DNA of 64,000 nucleotides from a bacterium (GTDB lineage Bacteria > Bacteroidota > Ignavibacteria > UBA10030). Below, in pieces: positions 58,500 through 64,000 of the stretch (position 1 is the stretch's first letter; each line of letters begins with the position of its first letter). The translations under genes and the position numbers were made by a program. The DNA lies in NCBI GenBank assembly GCA_043803945.1, contig JAZDJN010000054.1, positions 64,001 to 128,000 of the forward strand, given 5' to 3'. The notes under the pieces are model-generated. The model was not told the origin of the DNA. It made no database searches and worked only from the letters and a program-made list of their open reading frames with translations.

Positions 58500-59297
58500 A
58501 TGAGACATCGAACGGTACAAAATTTACTCTACGACTATCTTAACGACGAATTATCTGCACCCGAAGCAGCTCAGGTTCGCGATCATTTAGCACGATGCAA
58601 TAAATGCTTTGGTGAACAACAAATCATCAAGGAAAGCATACGCCTGTTGCAGCCGAAGCAGGTGAAGCCGAGTGAGAGTTTGTCTGAAACATACTGGCAC
58701 AACTTTGCTGTCGAAATTCTGCATCAGGTTCAGTCTGGCGCAAAAAAAGAGAACGCGCTAAAGTTATGGTGGGAATCGAACCGATACTGGTTTCTCTCTC
58801 GCAAATCATATTCGCTTTCAATCGCCGGTGGACTTGCGTTGGTAATCCTGGCAGTGTTTCTCTGGCCGCTCACCCGATCTGTTGATCCCGAAGTTGGAAA
58901 TTCAATCAGACTAGTGTCAGAATCTCCAGATGAGCAGGTGAATCAGGAATTATCGGACTACTTCCATAAATCGAAAATACTCCTGGTAGGCATCTCGAAC
59001 ATCCGATCGGAGGATGTAGGGAACATTGATCTTTCCGTTGAACGCGATGCTGCAAGAAACCTGGTGAGGCAGGCTCGTACCTTCGATCATAAAGAGGTCG
59101 ATGCCCGCTCTCGAATGCTCATTAAGGCTATGGAGAAGATCCTCATTGAATTGGCAAATATGGAAGAGCGGGACGGGCTTTCTGACGTCGAGCTCATTCG
59201 TACAGGAATTCGGGAAGAGAACATGCTCTTCAAGATCAGAATGGCAGAAACAGCGGCCGGCGCACGGCAAGAGAATTCAGATAAGAATAATAATTAA
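58500..59297 (+). CDS. Zinc-binding anti-sigma factor (HxxxCxxC) with TM segment
   Basis: LYDYLNDELS, HLARCNKC, one TM segment, helical C-terminal domain. Confidence 0.85.
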   Translation: MRHRTVQNLLYDYLNDELSAPEAAQVRDHLARCNKCFGEQQIIKESIRLLQPKQVKPSESLSETYWHNFAVEILHQVQSGAKKENALKLWWESNRYWFLSRKSYSLSIAGGLALVILAVFLWPLTRSVDPEVGNSIRLVSESPDEQVNQELSDYFHKSKILLVGISNIRSEDVGNIDLSVERDAARNLVRQARTFDHKEVDARSRMLIKAMEKILIELANMEERDGLSDVELIRTGIREENMLFKIRMAETAAGARQENSDKNNN

Positions 59298-59310
59298 TTG
59301 GAGAAACGTC

Positions 59311-61326
59311 ATGAATCAATTACGAACTTCTATCCTCACCTCTGTGGTAATGATGTGCTGCTCAATTGCAGTATCACAGGAGCAACATGCATCTGCAACT
59401 GTGCAGGAGCACAACATTTCTGCGGCGACTGCACAGACAGCGTCAGGGCTTTTGTACCAGAGCGAGGCAGCCAGTGAGATCAACCTGCGTGAGCGTGAGG
59501 AACAGGATGACCCATCGTATACACAGTATAAGGCTGGCTACAAGTGTATTCTCGATGAACAATTCGAGAAAGCACGACAACTATTTTCCGAGATGATAAA
59601 AAAATATCCGAAGAGCAAGCATCTCGATAAAGCAGAGTATTGGTCAGCGTATTCCTGGAAAAACAGTGACAGAAAGAAAGCATCGAGTGCCTTCAAAGCG
59701 TTTATCAAAAAATATCCCTCGAGCAGCTATTTTGATGATGCCATTGCAGAACTCACCAATCTCCAGGGCGGTGAAAAAAATCTTGGTGGATCAATGGGGA
59801 TAGCCTATCCCACTGGAAGTTATTCCCTGAGTGCGGAGCGATACTATCTTGAGGCACAGGAAGCAAAAGCTCGATCGCTCTTCCAATCCCAATATCAAGT
59901 GGTTCAAAAGTATAACATGGATCAGAATGCCAAGGAGTTAGTTCAACGCTACAAGTCGCAGGTGAGTGCAGCAGCCGGATTATCGTATAGCACCAGTGCA
60001 GAAGTAAAAAAGGAAGATCCGAAACTCAGAATGAAACGGGAAGCTCTCCAGGCTCTTGTTCGTTCCAATAAAGATGAGAAGACATTCGAAGTCGTCAAAG
60101 CGATGGTGTTCGATAGCACTCAGCCTGAAAGCATACGCGAAACAGCACTCCAGGCTCTCACGCAATTCAATAAGAAGGAGCTGACAGAAATCTATTTGCA
60201 ATTCATGAAGAGCGATGCCCCAAACAAATTGAAACAACGCGCACTATATGCAATGGCTTCGTCGGGAAAGGATAATGAAAAAGTATTCCAGATGATCAAG
60301 CAGGTGGCCCTTGATACCAAGGAGGATGAAGAGATGCGGCAGGCAGCGCTCCATGCTCTTCAATTTGTGAGTGATTCTGCAGCGGTGGGTCTCTATACCC
60401 AGATAGCCAATCAAGATGCTGATAAGAAAATTCGCTCATCAGCGGTCTATAAACTCGGCTCCATGCATCGCTCAGATGATCCACGGATCTTTGAAGCGAT
60501 CAAAGAGTTTGCATTGAATCAACAAGCCGAACCAGAGGTGCGTGAAGCGGCACTCTACTCCCTCAGACAATTTGAAAAGAAGAAGGTCCTCGATACCTTC
60601 CTCAAGATAGCGAAAACTGATCCGGATATAAAAATCAGAGTCATTGCAATCAGGAATTTGATGGGGAGTTCAGAGGATCCTCAAGCGGCAAGCTTCCTCA
60701 AAGAAGTTATCCTCAATAAAGAGAGCGATTACCAGGAAAAAGAAGCTGCACTCTATTCCATTGAAACAACGAAAGAGGGCGGACATGAACAGCTCTATGC
60801 CGAAATCTTAAAGAGTTCATCGGACGAACGATTCCGAGAAATGGCCTTACATTTACTGGTCAGAGCGAATAAAGATAATCCCTCTAAAAATCTCCAGATT
60901 CTGCGCGAAATAATTTTGGATCTATCGAAACCTAATCGTCTCCGCGAGGGTGCACTTGCAAGTCTCGCCTCATTGCGCAATGATGCCGCTCTCAGCTTAT
61001 TGCTCGAAGTCGCAAAATCGGAAAAGGATGAGCGAATTAAGACGGCTGCAATTTACCAGATCGCCAATAGCAGCAAGAACAAAGCTAAATCGTTGGAGAC
61101 ATTAATTTCTCTCTTCGATTCTCTCGACAAGAAATCGTCTCAAGTTGCCCCCAGCCTCCTCTATGCGATCGCATCAATTGGAACGGAGCAAGCCGTTGAC
61201 TTCCTCGCAAAGGTTGCAAAAACCCATGAGAACATGGATCTGCGTCAACAGGCTGTTGCGTTCCTAGGAAACATTGGTGGTGAGAAAGCCAGAAATGTTC
61301 TCCTCGATATTCTGAAGGAGAAGTGA
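59311..61326 (+). CDS. Exported TPR + HEAT-repeat protein
   Basis: Signal peptide; KKYP.S TPR pair; about 10 HEAT units (RE.AL.AL). Confidence 0.85.
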   Translation: MNQLRTSILTSVVMMCCSIAVSQEQHASATVQEHNISAATAQTASGLLYQSEAASEINLREREEQDDPSYTQYKAGYKCILDEQFEKARQLFSEMIKKYPKSKHLDKAEYWSAYSWKNSDRKKASSAFKAFIKKYPSSSYFDDAIAELTNLQGGEKNLGGSMGIAYPTGSYSLSAERYYLEAQEAKARSLFQSQYQVVQKYNMDQNAKELVQRYKSQVSAAAGLSYSTSAEVKKEDPKLRMKREALQALVRSNKDEKTFEVVKAMVFDSTQPESIRETALQALTQFNKKELTEIYLQFMKSDAPNKLKQRALYAMASSGKDNEKVFQMIKQVALDTKEDEEMRQAALHALQFVSDSAAVGLYTQIANQDADKKIRSSAVYKLGSMHRSDDPRIFEAIKEFALNQQAEPEVREAALYSLRQFEKKKVLDTFLKIAKTDPDIKIRVIAIRNLMGSSEDPQAASFLKEVILNKESDYQEKEAALYSIETTKEGGHEQLYAEILKSSSDERFREMALHLLVRANKDNPSKNLQILREIILDLSKPNRLREGALASLASLRNDAALSLLLEVAKSEKDERIKTAAIYQIANSSKNKAKSLETLISLFDSLDKKSSQVAPSLLYAIASIGTEQAVDFLAKVAKTHENMDLRQQAVAFLGNIGGEKARNVLLDILKEK

Positions 61327-61358
61327 TTCTCACACAAGAGTTGTGATCACTGATCCAC

Positions 61359-61388
61359 AAAGCCCCGGGAAGTTCTTCCGGGGCTTTT
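61359..61388. terminator. Bidirectional rho-independent terminator
   Basis: aaagccccgggaag-tt-cttccggggctttt between convergent genes. Confidence 0.75.
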
Positions 61389-61424
61389 ATTCTTTATTGG
61401 GTCTAATACCCCGACGCTTGCGTC

Positions 61425-61570
61425 GTCATTCCGGCCCGCCTGCCGGCGAGGCAGGCGAAAGCTGGAATCTAGAAACTGGATGCCAGCCTGCCTGCCAACC
61501 TGTCCGCCGGAGCTTTGCGTAGGCGGAAGTGCCTGGCACGCAGGCAGGTAAAGACATTCGGGTGTGACAG
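61425..61570. repeat. Paired REP-like hairpins with nested palindromic insertions
   Basis: gtcattccgg[61435-61455]cgaaagctggaatc and ctggatgccag[61487-61548]taaagacattcgggtgtgacag. Confidence 0.8.
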
Positions 61571-61603
61571 TTATTTTCTTTTTGGATAACCGCATGTTTA
61601 GTT

Positions 61604-62716
61604 TTAAAGATGCGGGCTTCTGACAAAATATTTGCCGGGCAGTTGTGTAACGACTCCTTTAAATTCCAGGGAGAGCAGTTGCACCAATGCATCGGATGTC
61701 GAGGTTTCGGCTTGTTCTGCGAGAGTATCGATATGTATTGGCTCGGCCGAGAGGCACTCAAAGATCGCCCGTTCGAAAAGAGTGAGTGTGATTGTCGGAA
61801 GAGCCTCATGCACGCGTTCCTTTTTAAGCAAAGGGCGGAATTGCAGCTCAAGCTCGCTCAGAACATCCTCGGCAGAGAGAACAAGTTTTGCCCGTCCTTC
61901 CCGGATTAGTGTATTTGGTCCCGCACTACGTTTCTCATTGATGTTCCCCGGTACGGCAAAGACCTCCCGATTTTGATCCAACGCTGTTGATGCAGTAATC
62001 ATGGCACCTCCGTCAATTGCCGATTCAATCACGATGGTGCCGAACGTCATTCCACTTATAATTCTGTTCCGTCGCGGAAAATTTGTTGCATCGGGCTTGG
62101 CTCCCATGGGAAATTCAGAAATGATCGCGCCATGTTCAGCAATCCGCTCCATCAGTTTTTGATTCTCCGGGGGATAAGGGATGTCAATCCCCGAGCCAAT
62201 GACGGCAATCGTCCTGCAATGGGTGCTCACACAGTTCGAATGAGCAATGGTATCGATCCCTCTTGCAAGACCGCTTACAATGGTAACGCCGAGAGTGGAG
62301 AGTTCTTTCGTAAACATTTCGGCGATCATCCGGCCGTAGTGCGAAGGTGCGCGTGTTCCGACGATCGCGATGGCAAACCGATCCTCCACCTTCAATTTTC
62401 CCAATACAAAGATGAAGGCAGGAGGGTCATAGATCTTTTTTAAGAGATCGGGGTACTCCTTTTCCCATATCGTAATTATTCTGCCACCGGTGTTGTTCAA
62501 TCGTTTCAACTGTTGGGTCGCGAATTGGTTGCCGGTCTTGTGATGGGCAATGCTGGAGGCAAGTTTTTTTTCGATTCCCTGAACCTGAATCAATTCCCGC
62601 GGCGATGCTTGCAGCACTTCTGCAGGCCCGCCGAAGTGTGCTACAAGCGCGCGAATTTTATGAGGTCCTATACGCGGAACGGAGGAGAGAGCAAGCAGCT
62701 CTTTGACATTGATCAT
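61604..62716 (-). CDS. dprA: DNA-processing protein DprA
   Basis: AIVGTR, VSGLARGID, FPRRNRIISG, VFAVPG, winged-helix tail. Confidence 0.95.
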   Translation of the reverse strand: MINVKELLALSSVPRIGPHKIRALVAHFGGPAEVLQASPRELIQVQGIEKKLASSIAHHKTGNQFATQQLKRLNNTGGRIITIWEKEYPDLLKKIYDPPAFIFVLGKLKVEDRFAIAIVGTRAPSHYGRMIAEMFTKELSTLGVTIVSGLARGIDTIAHSNCVSTHCRTIAVIGSGIDIPYPPENQKLMERIAEHGAIISEFPMGAKPDATNFPRRNRIISGMTFGTIVIESAIDGGAMITASTALDQNREVFAVPGNINEKRSAGPNTLIREGRAKLVLSAEDVLSELELQFRPLLKKERVHEALPTITLTLFERAIFECLSAEPIHIDTLAEQAETSTSDALVQLLSLEFKGVVTQLPGKYFVRSPHL

Positions 62717-62830
62717 AACAATAACCCTGTGAACGGTGCGATAAAGGAAGACGAACGAAACAGCAATAAAAACTATCTGAACAGTTTTACCCCTCCACGT
62801 CTATTGATGTATTACCAATGTAAAAAGCCA

Positions 62831-64000
62831 TTACAGTGAAAATACTTTTTCCTTCAATTGCTTTACAAGCTGATCCGCCTGATCCTTCTGCGGAGCCTCG
62901 GCAATTAGGCGAATAATCGGTTCGGTGTTCGATTTACGCAGATGAATCCAATAGTCAGGAAAATCTATTTTCAAGCCATCCTCTGTATTGATCGCTGCGG
63001 AGCTGGAATACTGGTCCTGGATTATTTTTAACACTTCATCAGGATTCAATGAGGCTATGTTCACTTTCCCCTTTGAGATAAAATACTGGGGAAGGCTTTT
63101 CTTCAACTCGGACATCGTTCCTCCGAACTCGACAAGGTGTTGCAGGGCGAGTCCAATACCCACAGGAGCATCTCTTCCAATGTGCGAGGCCGGCAGAATG
63201 ACACCGCCGCTTCCTTCTCCACCAACAAGTGCCCCAATCTCCTTCATCTTTTTTGCCACATTGATTTCGCCAACCGGAGTTCGATGCACACGCGCTCCAT
63301 AGAGTGCTGCAATATCATCGACGGCTCTTGTGGTGGAAAGGTTGACGACCACCTCTGCATTCCGAATTTTCTGAGCTTCTTTTCCAAGAACGAATTTGAT
63401 GATACTGGCAATGGTGTACTCTTCACCGATAGGCTCACCATGCTCGTCTATCAGCACGAGGCGATCAACATCAGGATCCACTGCGATGCCAAGGTCTGCC
63501 CCCGCAATTTTCACTTGCTCACATAAGGATGTCAAATTCTCTGGAATGGGTTCCGGAGTATGTGAGAATATTCCGGAGAGATTTGTATTCATCTCAACGA
63601 GTTCGCATCCAAACTCCCGGAGCAGTTGTGGAATAATCCGACCTCCGGCGGCGTTGACGCAATCCACAACAACTTTTAGTTTCCTTTTCTGAATTGCCTC
63701 CTGGTCGATATAGGGGAGAGCGAGAACATTGAGGATATGCTGGTCGATAAAACAATCATCGTGAATATACGAGCCTTGAGCGTTCCAAGGTGTGTACTTC
63801 CATCGTCTGGAATTTGCTATATCCCAAAAATCTTTATTCTCACCCGGATCGAGAAAGAGTCCTGTATAAGACATGAATTTGAGTCCATTCCATTCGATGG
63901 GATTATGGCTGGCAGTAATGGAGATTCCTCCTGCGGCGCGTTTTTTCTCGACACCAAGCTGAACAGTTGGAGTTGGACAGACACCAATATCGAGGACATC
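62831..64000 (-). CDS. Phosphohexomutase (phosphoglucosamine/phosphomannomutase), 5'-truncated by window edge
   Basis: Frame open to the window end: CPTPTV, ITASHNP (phospho-Ser), DPDVDR, GGEGSGG, RKSNTEP. Confidence 0.93.
   Translation of the reverse strand, partial: DVLDIGVCPTPTVQLGVEKKRAAGGISITASHNPIEWNGLKFMSYTGLFLDPGENKDFWDIANSRRWKYTPWNAQGSYIHDDCFIDQHILNVLALPYIDQEAIQKRKLKVVVDCVNAAGGRIIPQLLREFGCELVEMNTNLSGIFSHTPEPIPENLTSLCEQVKIAGADLGIAVDPDVDRLVLIDEHGEPIGEEYTIASIIKFVLGKEAQKIRNAEVVVNLSTTRAVDDIAALYGARVHRTPVGEINVAKKMKEIGALVGGEGSGGVILPASHIGRDAPVGIGLALQHLVEFGGTMSELKKSLPQYFISKGKVNIASLNPDEVLKIIQDQYSSSAAINTEDGLKIDFPDYWIHLRKSNTEPIIRLIAEAPQKDQADQLVKQLKEKVFSL

Noticed and set aside
61347-61851. Short ORFs containing LPAC / GRQAG peptides
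   Set aside because: They are translations of the nested palindromic repeats or alternative frames of dprA.

Overview
A 64 kb bacterial chromosomal segment, most likely from an Ignavibacteria-like member of the FCB (Bacteroidota-Chlorobi) superphylum. This is inferred from the T9SS-type C-terminal 'FALHQNYPNPFN' domain, the group II GGGP synthase and the DUF3109/DUF3467 genes. In order, the window holds: the end of a trp operon with an embedded DAHP synthase; a CoA-transferase/alanine dehydrogenase pair; an accessory glycan-hydrolase region (DUF4838, GH97, two GH29, an esterase/peptidase) that also carries an archaeal-type ThyA homologue and an ECF sigma module; an M1 peptidase; a carB split into two genes with an unrelated periplasmic gene between the halves; a TPR / beta-barrel / SPOR / ExbB-ExbD-TonB operon; a three-module toxin-antitoxin cluster with two broken toxins and a duplicated sigma70 promoter block; alaS-GGGPS-gmhA-wcaJ; clpS, icd and HIT; rpoN-hslVU (hslV frameshifted); two tandem ECF sigma / anti-sigma modules with HEAT-repeat components and a shared putative promoter motif; dprA; and a partial phosphohexomutase. 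I recognised no rRNA, tRNA, CRISPR array or transposase. Many intergenic spacers hold small inverted-repeat elements. Several of these are interrupted by 19-77 bp palindromic micro-insertions, nested up to three deep, and removing the inserts restores the host repeat. All family assignments come from reading motifs, not from database searches.
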